Below, piece by piece: positions 1 through 9,521 of a stretch of DNA of 64,000 nucleotides (positions within the stretch are counted from its first letter, which is position 1; every line of letters begins with the position of its first letter). This DNA comes from a virus: positions 1-64,000 of IMG/VR virus record IMGVR_UViG_3300025154_000063; one strand, given 5' to 3'. A program made the position numbers and the translations under genes. A model generated the notes under the pieces. It was given only the letters and a program-made list of their open reading frames with translations. It searched no databases and had not been told where the DNA came from.

Positions 1-2
1 AC

Positions 3-539
3 TGTAAAGGTCATACTAATGGTGAGGCAATTCGTTTATCTGTAAGTGCAGAGTATATTAAACAGATTAAGAGAGCTTTACTTGCAATTGAAACTGAATT
101 GGGTACTGACCCAGCAGGGACTTTTACTAATGTAAAGGGTAGACTAGATGCAATTGATGCTGTTAGTCCTGAAAAAACACTTGTTCTTTTAAAGGTTGTG
201 GCAGAGACATCACCACTTATTGTATCCGATGGTGTTATCTCATGGACTGTACCATCTGAGCTAAATGGGGCAGAGCTTATTAATGTCGCCAGCGCTGTGT
301 ATACATCTTCTAGCTCAGGTTTACCAACAGTAGACATCACAAAGAATGGGGCTACAATGTTAGATACATTGTTGACTATTGATATTTCTCCAGACAAAAA
401 TAGTTATCAGGCAGCTACGCCAGCGGTCATTAATGCTTCTACAAAAATTGTAGCAACAGGTGACATTATTTCTGTTAATGTAGATGTTACTGGTACTGGT
501 ACAAAAGGTTTAGACGTTACTTTAACATTGAGTCTATAA
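3..539 (+). CDS. Tail/virion structural protein, 5'-truncated by the window edge
   Basis: Frame is open from the window start through the 99..539 ORF; beta-rich Ig-like C-terminus; abuts tail-collar genes. Confidence 0.55.
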   Translation, partial: CKGHTNGEAIRLSVSAEYIKQIKRALLAIETELGTDPAGTFTNVKGRLDAIDAVSPEKTLVLLKVVAETSPLIVSDGVISWTVPSELNGAELINVASAVYTSSSSGLPTVDITKNGATMLDTLLTIDISPDKNSYQAATPAVINASTKIVATGDIISVNVDVTGTGTKGLDVTLTLSL

Positions 540-540
540 T

Positions 541-1425
541 ATGAAATTTATTACTGTTCAACATACTGGTGGGTGGGATGTACCAACAGGGAGCATTGTT
601 CTCTGGTATGGTTTAGCAGCTAATATTCCTGTTGGTTGGGAATTATTTATTGATGCTGATGATGCTTTTGTTATGGGAGCATCTTCTGGTAATAAAAATA
701 CTACTCCTGCAGGTGCAAACACACACACCCACACAACAACAACACCAACAGGAACAGAAGCAAATCACGGACACAGTGCATCTGGTGGTTCTGCTGCTGG
801 TAGTGGTTCTACTAATGTTGCCCCTCAGGCTGGAGACACAGCGGCAGCACCAAGTCACTCACATGCAGCTGGCTCAACATATACTGGAGATAGTGGTAGT
901 CATTCACATACCTTTAGTACTACTTCATCTGCCGATAGTATGCCCCCTTATCACAGATTGTATTGGATAAAGAAAACTTCGACTATACTCCCTATTGGAG
1001 CAATAATCTTTTGGAATGGTACTTCTGCAGCAATTCCTGCTGGATGGAGTCCTTGTGATGGTGGCACTTATAACAGTATTGTAACACCAGACTTGAGGTC
1101 TAAGTTTATTTATAGTGCATCTAGTGAAGACCATGTTGATGATGCTGGTGGGGTTGCTTCCCACCTTCATAGTAATCAAAACACATCTAGTGATGGTAGC
1201 CATTCCCATACTTGGAACTCTAGTATTGCAACTTCTAGTGGAACAACAACCGTAAACAGTGCGTCCGGTGGTTCTGGTACTGATGTTTCTCAGCGTAATC
1301 ATACACATAGTGATAGTGGAAATACAAGTACTGAATCTGCACATGCACACACTGTTCCTGATACTAGCTCTGATGGTGTTCTTCCTCCATACCTAATGTT
1401 TTATTATATTATGAGGACTATATAA
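541..1425 (+). CDS. Tail fibre protein with two tail-collar-like modules
   Basis: Two P-x-G-(S/A)-I-x-x-W...P-x-G-W modules, PDLRSKF, HxH repeats, terminal PPY-x-x-x-YI motifs. Confidence 0.8.
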   Translation: MKFITVQHTGGWDVPTGSIVLWYGLAANIPVGWELFIDADDAFVMGASSGNKNTTPAGANTHTHTTTTPTGTEANHGHSASGGSAAGSGSTNVAPQAGDTAAAPSHSHAAGSTYTGDSGSHSHTFSTTSSADSMPPYHRLYWIKKTSTILPIGAIIFWNGTSAAIPAGWSPCDGGTYNSIVTPDLRSKFIYSASSEDHVDDAGGVASHLHSNQNTSSDGSHSHTWNSSIATSSGTTTVNSASGGSGTDVSQRNHTHSDSGNTSTESAHAHTVPDTSSDGVLPPYLMFYYIMRTI

Positions 1426-1844
1426 TGGCTGAGTTACCTGCTGGTTCAATAATATTATGGGATGGTGGTTCTATACCAAGCGGTTGGGCACTGTGTGATG
1501 GTGCTGGTGGCACACCTAATCTTGTAGATAAATTCATTCGTGGTGCATCAGTGGATGGTGATGTTAATACTGGTGGTGGAGTAGAAACACATACCCATAC
1601 CGGCCCGTCTGCTACAAATACTGTTGCTGAACATGGTCATACTGCTGGGCCTGCTTCCGGTAGCAATAGTCCAGCACTTAATGTGGTTGGTGGTTCTGGT
1701 AGACTTCCTGCTAGTATTCACTCACATAGCTGGTCTGTAGATATTGGTAATGGTGGTGGTCACTCACACACTGTGTCAGCTACTATAGGAACAACAAATA
1801 ATCTTCCTGTTCATGTTAAGCTTTATTATATCATAAAGATTTAA
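1425..1844 (+). CDS. Tail-collar domain protein
   Basis: LPAGSIILW...IPSGWALCDG...PNLVDKFIRG, HTH/HSH repeats, ends LYYIIKI. Confidence 0.8.
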   Translation: MAELPAGSIILWDGGSIPSGWALCDGAGGTPNLVDKFIRGASVDGDVNTGGGVETHTHTGPSATNTVAEHGHTAGPASGSNSPALNVVGGSGRLPASIHSHSWSVDIGNGGGHSHTVSATIGTTNNLPVHVKLYYIIKI

Positions 1845-1854
1845 GGAGTGAGAA

Positions 1855-2184
1855 GTGGAAAAAAGAGAAGTAGAGTTTTTTAAAAAATTTAATGAGACCT
1901 TTTCCATAGAGGGAAAAGAAGCCGAAGAAGTACTAGATGGGTTGGCTAAGATGACAAGAGAACAAGGGAATGCTCTTGATTTCATGGGAGTAATTACCAT
2001 GATGATAGCTCCACATGGCTTATTCAAATATACTGCTTCACCTAATCTTGTACACACGGTTGAAGGCTTGTCAGCAGTGGAAGCTGCTCTCTTAGACCTC
2101 ATGCGTACTGTTAACATTCAAAAAACTAAGGTTCTTCTTGGAACAGAAATGCCCGAAAAGAAACCCGCTAAGAAATCTAAGTAA
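1855..2184 (+). CDS. Hypothetical protein
   Basis: ORF with AGGAG SD and GTG start. Confidence 0.6.
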   Translation: MEKREVEFFKKFNETFSIEGKEAEEVLDGLAKMTREQGNALDFMGVITMMIAPHGLFKYTASPNLVHTVEGLSAVEAALLDLMRTVNIQKTKVLLGTEMPEKKPAKKSK

Positions 2185-2204
2185 TAAACAGTACAAGGAA
2201 TAAT

Positions 2205-2780
2205 ATGATAACAAACACTGTTTCAGCAAGATTTATTGATATGTCTGGACAAAAATTTAATAGGTTATTAGTTACTACTTTGTCCGAGGAACGAACCAAG
2301 TCTGGTGGACTCATGTGGAACTGTATATGTGATTGTGGAAATAGTGTTAGGGTTTCTGCCCACGATATAAGGAGTGAACATACTAAATCTTGTGGATGTT
2401 TGAAAACTGATAAGTTGTGTTTACCACCAGAGGAGGCATCCTTTAATGCCTTGTATTACTCCTATAAGACATCTGCTGAAATGCGTAAAGGCACTAAGCA
2501 TAGAAATCTTCCGTTTGATTTAAGTAAAGAATTTTTTAAGAAAATTACTGGTATGAATTGTTTTTACTGTGGTGTAGTACCCGCTAGAATTATACCTACT
2601 AGACAAACAAACGGAATATACCCAAGAAATGGCATTGATAGAGTTGACTCATCAAAGGGTTATGTAGAAAATAATGTTGTTCCTTGTTGTAAACGATGTA
2701 ATGTTGCAAAAAATGACATGAGTATTTTAGAATTCAAAGAGTGGTTGAGTGCTGCTTATAATAATTTAGTAAAGGAATAA
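2205..2780 (+). CDS. HNH homing endonuclease-like protein
   Basis: GQKFNRL...WNCICDCG...SCGC N-terminal module and CFYCG...GIDRVDSSKGY...NVVPCCKRCN HNH core. Confidence 0.8.
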   Translation: MITNTVSARFIDMSGQKFNRLLVTTLSEERTKSGGLMWNCICDCGNSVRVSAHDIRSEHTKSCGCLKTDKLCLPPEEASFNALYYSYKTSAEMRKGTKHRNLPFDLSKEFFKKITGMNCFYCGVVPARIIPTRQTNGIYPRNGIDRVDSSKGYVENNVVPCCKRCNVAKNDMSILEFKEWLSAAYNNLVKE

Positions 2781-4264
2781 TGGTAATGCAAATTCAAGTG
2801 CCTTTTCGCTCTCAGTTGGGTTTTGGCTCAGACAAGTTTAGAAATGATTGCCTAATCGCATGCCTCTCTATGATACGTGGGGCATATGGTTTTCCTGTTG
2901 AAAATCCAGATGATATTTATAAGCGTCTGGGTATTGTCGGTGATTCTTACTTAAGTGTAAGTGTTGCTTCTATTGACTTACAAAGTATAGGCGTATTGAC
3001 AGATTGGAAATCCTATACAAACTTGGACACACTCAAGGCTGTGCTTACGGAAGGTAAACCCGTCATTGCCTTGGTAAAATATACCCCCCTTGTACAGGCT
3101 GGGTTGACCGAGAGCAAGACGTTCACAGGTATGCACTTCGTTGTTGTGGTTGGTTTTGATGCTACTAACATAATTTATCACGACCCATATATGATAAATG
3201 GTTCATACATCAAAGCTCCATTCAACGTCTTCGATGCCGCATGGTTAGCAGCAGGAACAGACCCGCTGGTTACGAACCCGTCCCGTGGCATCCTCATACC
3301 TCGTGACTCAATAGCTATATTTAAAGCTAAGCTAGCTTCTCAGGGCGACGGTTCTGCAAGATGGGCAAAGGTAAATGTTGATGCTCTTAACATAAGAACA
3401 GCACCAATAGTTGGCTCAGTTATCAGGTCTCTGAAACTGGGCACACAAGTTCGCATTGTCAGCGTTTCCTTAAACTGGGCAAAGATAGACTTCCCACTTG
3501 TTGGTTATTGTTTCTATCCTATGCTTACAGAAATACCAAGTGATGTCTACATTCCGCCACAACCAATCTATACTCATGGAAGGAGAGCTATTGATATATC
3601 TTATTATCAGGAGTTTATTTCTTGGGGTGCTGTTGCTGAGAGTGGTGTTAAGATAGCTTTTATAAAGTGCACTGATGGTGTGGGTCTCTTTGAGGACTCT
3701 AGGTTTCAAGCTAACTATGATAACGCCAAGCGTTCTGGTATGCCACGACTACCATACCACTTTCACTGGACAGAGACAACTCCAGAACAACAGTTTAGGT
3801 TGCTACAAAGAACTGTTGGTGGTGAGTGGGGTGATGAGTTTCCGGCTATGATTGACCTAGAAGATTACAGCTATTCACGTTCAACACTTGGAATAAACAA
3901 TGGCGCTGTGATTACAAAGACTAAGACACAGGTGCAGGATGACCTACTTAAGTTTATGAATTTAATTGAAGCTGATAGTAGTAGTGTTCCTTTGTTATAT
4001 ACTGGGTACACAGACTTTATGCAGTATATCAGTGGAGACAAACGCTTTGATAAATATCCAATTGCTTTTGCTGGTTATCCATACTACAAACTATCCACAA
4101 GAAACTACATCAGTGAATGGGACTTACTTAATTACTCTATTCAGATGCCTTTGATTCCTGAAACATTAAATATGAGCAGGGTAAAATTCTGGCAGTTTAC
4201 AGACCAAGGTAAGGTATATGGTATTAAAGGAAATGTAGACCTTAACATTGAAATTGTCTCATAA
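2780..4264 (+). CDS. Modular endolysin: C39-like peptidase + SH3b + GH25 muramidase
   Basis: DCLIACLSM and HFVVVVGFD...YHDP (C39); LNIRTAP...WAKI (SH3b); IDISYYQ, FIKCTDG, DLED, WQFT, VDLN (GH25). Confidence 0.85.
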   Translation: MVMQIQVPFRSQLGFGSDKFRNDCLIACLSMIRGAYGFPVENPDDIYKRLGIVGDSYLSVSVASIDLQSIGVLTDWKSYTNLDTLKAVLTEGKPVIALVKYTPLVQAGLTESKTFTGMHFVVVVGFDATNIIYHDPYMINGSYIKAPFNVFDAAWLAAGTDPLVTNPSRGILIPRDSIAIFKAKLASQGDGSARWAKVNVDALNIRTAPIVGSVIRSLKLGTQVRIVSVSLNWAKIDFPLVGYCFYPMLTEIPSDVYIPPQPIYTHGRRAIDISYYQEFISWGAVAESGVKIAFIKCTDGVGLFEDSRFQANYDNAKRSGMPRLPYHFHWTETTPEQQFRLLQRTVGGEWGDEFPAMIDLEDYSYSRSTLGINNGAVITKTKTQVQDDLLKFMNLIEADSSSVPLLYTGYTDFMQYISGDKRFDKYPIAFAGYPYYKLSTRNYISEWDLLNYSIQMPLIPETLNMSRVKFWQFTDQGKVYGIKGNVDLNIEIVS

Positions 4265-4332
4265 TTATCTGCCAAAGACCGTCTGAAATCGTTTGAAGTA
4301 AGTGTAAACAAATTAATAATAGAGGTGTCGTT

Positions 4333-4722
4333 ATGGCAGGAGAAACAAACAATGTGACAGGTGAGTTAATACTTGACCTCCTGAAAGAACAAGGATTAAA
4401 AATTGATGGGTTAGCCATATCACAAACTACATTGGTTACAAAGGTAGAACAGCTAGAAAAGAATACTGAAAGTTTAAAAGAAGGACAAAAAGAAATATCT
4501 GAAAAGCTAGAAGGCCCAGCTGGGTTAACTGTAAAGTCTGAATTATTAAAAGCAAGAGTTGATGCAATTTCATCTACATGTGCTGCACGAATTGCTAATC
4601 AACAAAACAAAGATACTAGAGCAAGAGATAATTTAAAATCAATCATAATTCCGATTGTAGTGAGTATAGTTCTGTTTATTATTTACTCAGTTATACCACA
4701 TGTTATTACAATAACACCTTAA
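4333..4722 (+). CDS. Coiled-coil protein with C-terminal TM helix (XhlA/holin-like)
   Basis: Heptad region followed by hydrophobic IIIPIVVSIVLFIIY; in lysis cassette. Confidence 0.55.
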   Translation: MAGETNNVTGELILDLLKEQGLKIDGLAISQTTLVTKVEQLEKNTESLKEGQKEISEKLEGPAGLTVKSELLKARVDAISSTCAARIANQQNKDTRARDNLKSIIIPIVVSIVLFIIYSVIPHVITITP

Positions 4723-4734
4723 GGAGAAATTACT

Positions 4735-5085
4735 ATGGCAGTTAGATTAGAAGAAGTTGTACAAACAACACAGAGAACCACTGGTTTGCTTCCAGTATTA
4801 ACACAAGCGATTGCAGAAGGTATGTACTTTGATAATAAGTCACAGAAGAATGTGGTTATTGTCAAGAATACTGGTGCTGGTTCAATCAACATCACAATTC
4901 AAACACCCGCAACTCTTGATGGTGATGCAATTGCCGAGCGTGTTGTGGCAGTAGCAGCTGGAGTAACAAAATTAATCGGCCCATTCCATAATGGTATTTA
5001 TGGACAAACAGGCGACCTTGTGTATGTCGACACAGACACATTTGCTGACACCACTTGGGGTGTTATCGCTCTGGGTGCTATCTAA
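4735..5085 (+). CDS. Small beta-sandwich virion/decoration-like protein, paralog 1
   Basis: Shares KNTGAGSIN-x-TIQTPA, AERVV-x-VAAG, IGPF-x-N, LVYVDTDT with the next ORF. Confidence 0.6.
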   Translation: MAVRLEEVVQTTQRTTGLLPVLTQAIAEGMYFDNKSQKNVVIVKNTGAGSINITIQTPATLDGDAIAERVVAVAAGVTKLIGPFHNGIYGQTGDLVYVDTDTFADTTWGVIALGAI

Positions 5086-5119
5086 GATAATAAATAAAAT
5101 ACCATAAGGAGATATTACT

Positions 5120-5473
5120 ATGGCAAGAGAAGCAATTGTTGCTCAATTAACAGCACGTACAGGGCTTGCCCCTACGCTAACCCCTGCAACAGCAGACGGG
5201 TTTTATTTTGATAATGCAAGACAGAACCGTATTATTCAAGTTGAAAATACTGGGGCTGGTTCTATTAATGTTACAATTCAAACACCGGCATTGGTTGATG
5301 GTAACCTGACCGTTTCAGAACGTGTTGTTCCTGTTGCTGCTGGTGTTACCCGCTATATTGGCCCGTTTAGCAACGCTGTGTATGGTCAAGTAGGAAATCT
5401 TGTATATGTTGACACAGATACTCCAGCAGATACAGACTGGGCTGTATTGGGCTTGGGTGCTATTCTAAACTAG
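5120..5473 (+). CDS. Small beta-sandwich virion/decoration-like protein, paralog 2
   Basis: Tandem paralog of 4735..5085. Confidence 0.6.
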   Translation: MAREAIVAQLTARTGLAPTLTPATADGFYFDNARQNRIIQVENTGAGSINVTIQTPALVDGNLTVSERVVPVAAGVTRYIGPFSNAVYGQVGNLVYVDTDTPADTDWAVLGLGAILN

Positions 5474-5483
5474 GAGAATTAAT

Positions 5484-5855
5484 ATGGATGAAGTTGTTGG
5501 GTTGGTTTTAACTACACTAATACAGGTGTTAGCACCTCTTGTTCTTACTTTCCTTATTCCATGGATTGTATCACAGTTACGTTTGACAAAGGCTCAAATC
5601 TCTGCAGAGAGTTTTAAAGCCGCTCGTGAGATTGTGGGTACTTTGGTATCTGCAGCCGAGCAGTCTGGGTTAGCTGGTGTATTGTCCTCTATTGGTGAGG
5701 AAAAGAAAGCATGGGTTATGGCAGCAGCCCAAGAAGAGTTTATAAAGCGTGGTATCAAGATTGATATTTGGGCTCTTGAGACCATCATTGAGGCAGCTGT
5801 GTATGACCAAATTACTATGTATAAAGATGAGCTTGCTGAAATCTTTGAAACGTAG
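5484..5855 (+). CDS. Holin, LL-H family-like
   Basis: N-terminal TM helix, AAEQ...GEEKK, IEAAV motifs. Confidence 0.75.
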   Translation: MDEVVGLVLTTLIQVLAPLVLTFLIPWIVSQLRLTKAQISAESFKAAREIVGTLVSAAEQSGLAGVLSSIGEEKKAWVMAAAQEEFIKRGIKIDIWALETIIEAAVYDQITMYKDELAEIFET

Positions 5856-5877
5856 TTAATATTCACTATCTATAAAT

Positions 5878-5909
5878 AATAGGGTAGCTTATTGCTACCC
5901 TTTTTATTT
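5878..5909 (+). terminator. Intrinsic terminator after lysis cassette
   Basis: AGGGTAGC-TTATT-GCTACCCT followed by T-tract. Confidence 0.85.
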
Positions 5910-5912
5910 ACC

Positions 5913-5945
5913 TTGACTTATTATCATAAAGGTGGTATAATTAAT
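5913..5945 (+). promoter_or_regulatory. sigmaA-type promoter
   Basis: TTGACT-17-TATAAT with TG extension, followed by TAAT. Confidence 0.85.
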
Positions 5946-5977
5946 AGGTAAATAAATTAATCCTTTAAGGAGAGTAT

Positions 5978-6979
5978 ATGGTAGAAGAAGATGATGTAGT
6001 ATTCGATGCTTGTTACAAGGCATATATGTCTGGTGGCAGGGGAAGTGGTTCACAGTTTTGGGATGGGCTTTCTAAGAAGTATGGTGCTTTAAATGGTGAA
6101 GCTTTACGTGCTTGGTTTAAGCGCCAAATGGTAGCAAGAAACATGAAGTTCAAGAGTGCGTTGGATAAAGAACAAGATATGTCAGATAGGAGACCAAATG
6201 TTTTACTGTTTGACATTGAGACATCACCACTAGTTGTCTACTCTTGGGGTTTATATGACCTCCATTTGTCGCCGGAGAATATTATACGTGACTGGCACAT
6301 GATTAGTTGGAGTGCTAAGTGGTTGTTTGATAATGAAACTTTTGGTAGTGTTATGACACCAAAGGAAATGAAGAACGCTGACGACTCAAGACTTGTTAAA
6401 GAAATGTGGGACTTGCTGGAAGAAGCTGATATTGTAATTGCTCATAATGGTAATGGGTTTGACCTAAAGAAATTGAATGCTCGCTTTATTTTAAATGGTC
6501 TAACACCTCCAACACCATATAGGTCGATTGATACTCTTGCAACTGCCCGCTCTGTGTTTGGGTTTACCTCAAAGAGATTGGACTACATTAGTAAGGTTCT
6601 TGGTTTCTCTGGAAAAACACACACGGGTATGAAATTGTGGATGGACTGTATGTCTGGAGACCCAGATGCACTAAAGGAAATGCTTGAATATAACATCAAT
6701 GATGTTTTAATTCTTGAAGAGGTCTACTTAAGAATGCGACCATACATTAAGTCACACCCCAATCTTACTCCTTATTATGCTGACCTAGAAGAGGGTGTTG
6801 AAATTTGCCCGCTGTGTGGTTATGATGAGCTAAAGGTTAAGGGTGAGTATACTACAGATGCTAATGTATTTGAAGCTTTACGCTGTGGTAACTGTGGTGG
6901 CATTGCTCGCAGGGCTACTAGTGAGCTGTCAGCTAAGGTTCGCAAAGGGATGTTGAGACCTACGCCCAACAGAATGTAA
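5978..6979 (+). CDS. RNase H-like (DEDD) 3'-5' exonuclease with C-terminal Zn ribbon
   Basis: FDIET, AHNG-x-x-FD, IDT, YNINDV; CPLCG...CGNCG. Confidence 0.85.
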   Translation: MVEEDDVVFDACYKAYMSGGRGSGSQFWDGLSKKYGALNGEALRAWFKRQMVARNMKFKSALDKEQDMSDRRPNVLLFDIETSPLVVYSWGLYDLHLSPENIIRDWHMISWSAKWLFDNETFGSVMTPKEMKNADDSRLVKEMWDLLEEADIVIAHNGNGFDLKKLNARFILNGLTPPTPYRSIDTLATARSVFGFTSKRLDYISKVLGFSGKTHTGMKLWMDCMSGDPDALKEMLEYNINDVLILEEVYLRMRPYIKSHPNLTPYYADLEEGVEICPLCGYDELKVKGEYTTDANVFEALRCGNCGGIARRATSELSAKVRKGMLRPTPNRM

Positions 6980-7003
6980 TTAGTAAATAACAAATAGTGT
7001 TAG

Positions 7004-7073
7004 TCCCCATAGACCAAAGTCGCACAAAGTATATGTTTTTAGCGAATTTGAATATATCTATGGGGATTTTTTT
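7004..7073 (+). terminator. Long imperfect hairpin terminator
   Basis: TCCCCATAGA...TCTATGGGGA followed by T7. Confidence 0.7.
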
Positions 7074-7132
7074 ACCCTTGTAATTTAACTAAAAGAATGT
7101 TATAATTAACTTATAACAGCGACGGAGGAAAT

Positions 7133-7396
7133 ATGATAATAGATTACTTTGATAGCCCAGAGGAGCTAGATAATTTTCTTTTAAAGATGAAACCAGATAG
7201 CATGTTAAGAGAAGAAAAGGATGGGTTGTTTCTTGTGTCTGGTGCTAAGGTGATACCAACACAGCATGCACTTATCTTGACAGGGTATGATAACATAACT
7301 CTGGTCAAGCCCAGTGCAATAGGAGCAGAGAAAATCTTGCAGTCAATGACCCCACCTGTGTCGATAGGTTCATTCAAGAAGAGGAAGAGACATTAG
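7133..7396 (+). CDS. Hypothetical protein
   Basis: GGAGG SD and own promoter TTGTAA-17-TATAAT at 7078-7106. Confidence 0.6.
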   Translation: MIIDYFDSPEELDNFLLKMKPDSMLREEKDGLFLVSGAKVIPTQHALILTGYDNITLVKPSAIGAEKILQSMTPPVSIGSFKKRKRH

Positions 7397-7399
7397 TAC

Positions 7400-7434
7400 T
7401 TGACTTGAGAATAAAAACATGGTATAATTAATGT
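7400..7434 (+). promoter_or_regulatory. sigmaA-type promoter
   Basis: TTGACT-17-TATAAT (TG extended) then TAATGT. Confidence 0.85.
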
Positions 7435-7463
7435 ATTAAATCAACCGACACGGAGGAAATATA

Positions 7464-8504
7464 ATGCAGGAAAAGAGTTTCTTAATTCAAAATGCTTGGA
7501 ACAATGTAACACCGAAAGACTGGCCTTATAAGGCTCGTAAACACATGCGTCCATCAGAAATTGGGATGCCTTTTATAGATAGGTGGTGTTCAATGAATGC
7601 TATTCCTATCACTAATCCTTTCACACAGCGGACACTCCGCATCTTTCAAGCTGGCAATGTCATTGAGTACATTGTACTCCGTTCGCTGGCTCTCTCAGGT
7701 CTCTTGCACTCAAGTCAGCAATGGCTGGAGCTTAAGGAAACCCCTGAGCACCTAGGTATGAAGGGTCGTTTGGATGCAACCATTGGTGGGTTCGTTGACT
7801 GGGATGATGCCCGCCGCCGAGTTGATGCTAACTTGGCAGAGTTTGCTCACAGTCTTGATGAAGATGTAATTGCTGCTAAATCCACTGCTATTATTGAAGA
7901 CCTTAAGAAGCGTTTCCCCAAAGGTTTTAAAGAACAAATTATTGTTGAAGTTAAATCCATTAACTCCATGGCTTTTCATAACAGCAAAGGTAACAAGGAC
8001 TCTGATGGTGACTTTAAGGGGTATGACCACAACAAGGCACAGCTATATTCCTATTTGGAAATGGCAAAGACTCGTGTAGGTTTGTTGGTTTATATCAGTA
8101 AAGATGACTTTTGTATGGCAGAAGTTCCTGTTCGCCACGACGACAAAGAAGTTGCTGATGCTTTCTGGCATGACATTCAGGAAATGTCACGACTGTATCG
8201 TGCAGACGAAATGCCAAAGAAAGAGCCGGAAATTTCTTTTAATCAGCGAAACGGTAAGTTTGAAACAAACTGGTCTGTTGGTCGTAGTTTGTACCTGACT
8301 TACTTGTATGGTTATGAATCACAAGATGCTTATGAAAAAAGCTGGCACTACAAACTGTTGGATGTTAACCGTGCTCTTCGACACCTGCGTGTAGAGAAAG
8401 TTAAGAAGGAAGACATTCCGGTTATTGAAGAATGGAAGTTGAATGACTTCGTTAAGTTTGAAGGTGACGGAGGTTCTGAACAGGAGGAAGTAGATGCTGA
8501 ATAG
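7464..8504 (+). CDS. PD-(D/E)XK Cas4/RecB-like exonuclease
   Basis: RPSEIG, GRLD, VEVKS, QLYSY motifs. Confidence 0.75.
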   Translation: MQEKSFLIQNAWNNVTPKDWPYKARKHMRPSEIGMPFIDRWCSMNAIPITNPFTQRTLRIFQAGNVIEYIVLRSLALSGLLHSSQQWLELKETPEHLGMKGRLDATIGGFVDWDDARRRVDANLAEFAHSLDEDVIAAKSTAIIEDLKKRFPKGFKEQIIVEVKSINSMAFHNSKGNKDSDGDFKGYDHNKAQLYSYLEMAKTRVGLLVYISKDDFCMAEVPVRHDDKEVADAFWHDIQEMSRLYRADEMPKKEPEISFNQRNGKFETNWSVGRSLYLTYLYGYESQDAYEKSWHYKLLDVNRALRHLRVEKVKKEDIPVIEEWKLNDFVKFEGDGGSEQEEVDAE

Positions 8505-9408
8505 TTTGGCTGACTATGTGCGGGCTTACCGCAGACTAGGTTTCTTACCCTTCCCGCTTTCTGGTGGCACTAAAATGCCACCGGAAGGCTGTAAGTTATT
8601 CTATGCAAATGAAATTCCTTTTAAAGAGGGGGATAACATTGGCTTATTCACAGGGTCAAGCAATAGGTTTACTGTGATTGATGCTGATGATGAAAGAGCA
8701 CAGAAGAATGTTACTTGGTTCTTGAAGAAGATTGGTTTGTATGAACATCTTACTATTGTGAGGACACCAACCCGTGGTGGATTACACTTTTGGGTGAGGA
8801 TAGATGCTCCAGAGTGGGTACAAACATTCTATAAACTTCCTAGTGAGGTTGGTCATGGTGAGTTTAGGTTTAGGAGACCTGCATATGTTGTTGGTGTTGG
8901 TAGTGCTGTAGAGTCTGGTAAATATGAATTCATACAGGGTGGTATTGAAGAGTTTGTAGCACAGCCCTTACTTCCATATGACATGTTTTATAAATTACTA
9001 CCACATCACGCCAGAGAACAATCAAATAAACTTAATTACTCTGGAGACACAAGTCAATTAACCTTTGAATCCTTTGGGTTACATCCAGTAGCAAAAAATC
9101 CTAACCCACCTGTGTTAAACATCATACCATTAATCCACTCCTCCCAATATAATATACCTAAGATAAGTACTTATACTGGTAAGGTTAAGGCAGGAAAAAG
9201 ATATGCCTCACGTTCAGAGGCAGAAGCTGGTTTGGTTACAGGGTTAATAAAGTATGGTTGGTCTTTCAATGATGTACTAAAACTATTTACTGATGAGCGA
9301 TTGCCACACTTTAAATCAACACCAAACCCTGAGAAATACTTATCAGCAACATACTTAAAGTGTCTTGGGTTCTATGCACAACACATAAAAAGTCAACCAA
9401 GTTTCTAG
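8494..9408 (+). CDS. Bifunctional primase-polymerase (Prim-Pol, AEP)
   Basis: NIGLFTG, VIDAD, TPTRGGLHFW, YVVG; C-terminal SRSEAE helical domain. Confidence 0.8.
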   Translation: MLNSLADYVRAYRRLGFLPFPLSGGTKMPPEGCKLFYANEIPFKEGDNIGLFTGSSNRFTVIDADDERAQKNVTWFLKKIGLYEHLTIVRTPTRGGLHFWVRIDAPEWVQTFYKLPSEVGHGEFRFRRPAYVVGVGSAVESGKYEFIQGGIEEFVAQPLLPYDMFYKLLPHHAREQSNKLNYSGDTSQLTFESFGLHPVAKNPNPPVLNIIPLIHSSQYNIPKISTYTGKVKAGKRYASRSEAEAGLVTGLIKYGWSFNDVLKLFTDERLPHFKSTPNPEKYLSATYLKCLGFYAQHIKSQPSF

Positions 9409-9416
9409 TATACTAA

Positions 9417-9444
9417 GACCCCCAAATTAATTGGGGGTTTTTTA
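9417..9444 (+). terminator. Intrinsic terminator
   Basis: GACCCCCAA-ATTAA-TTGGGGGTT then T-tract. Confidence 0.8.
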
Positions 9445-9489
9445 TTTGCCTATGTCTTTATTGACATTTCATGTGTAAAGTTCTGAGAT

Positions 9490-9515
9490 AAAAAAAGAGA
9501 GCCTTTCGGCTCTCA
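9490..9515 (-). terminator. Intrinsic terminator for the leftward block
   Basis: Minus strand GAGAGCC-GAAA-GGCTCTC then T-tract. Confidence 0.85.
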
Positions 9516-9521
9516 ATTCTT

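Noticed and set aside
541-5473. Diversity-generating retroelement in the repeated tail-collar modules or tandem paralogs
   Set aside because: No reverse transcriptase in the window and the repeats are diverged paralogs, not adenine-specific TR/VR pairs
7464-8504. CRISPR-associated Cas4 / CRISPR array
   Set aside because: Stand-alone phage exonuclease; no repeat-spacer array or other cas genes seen
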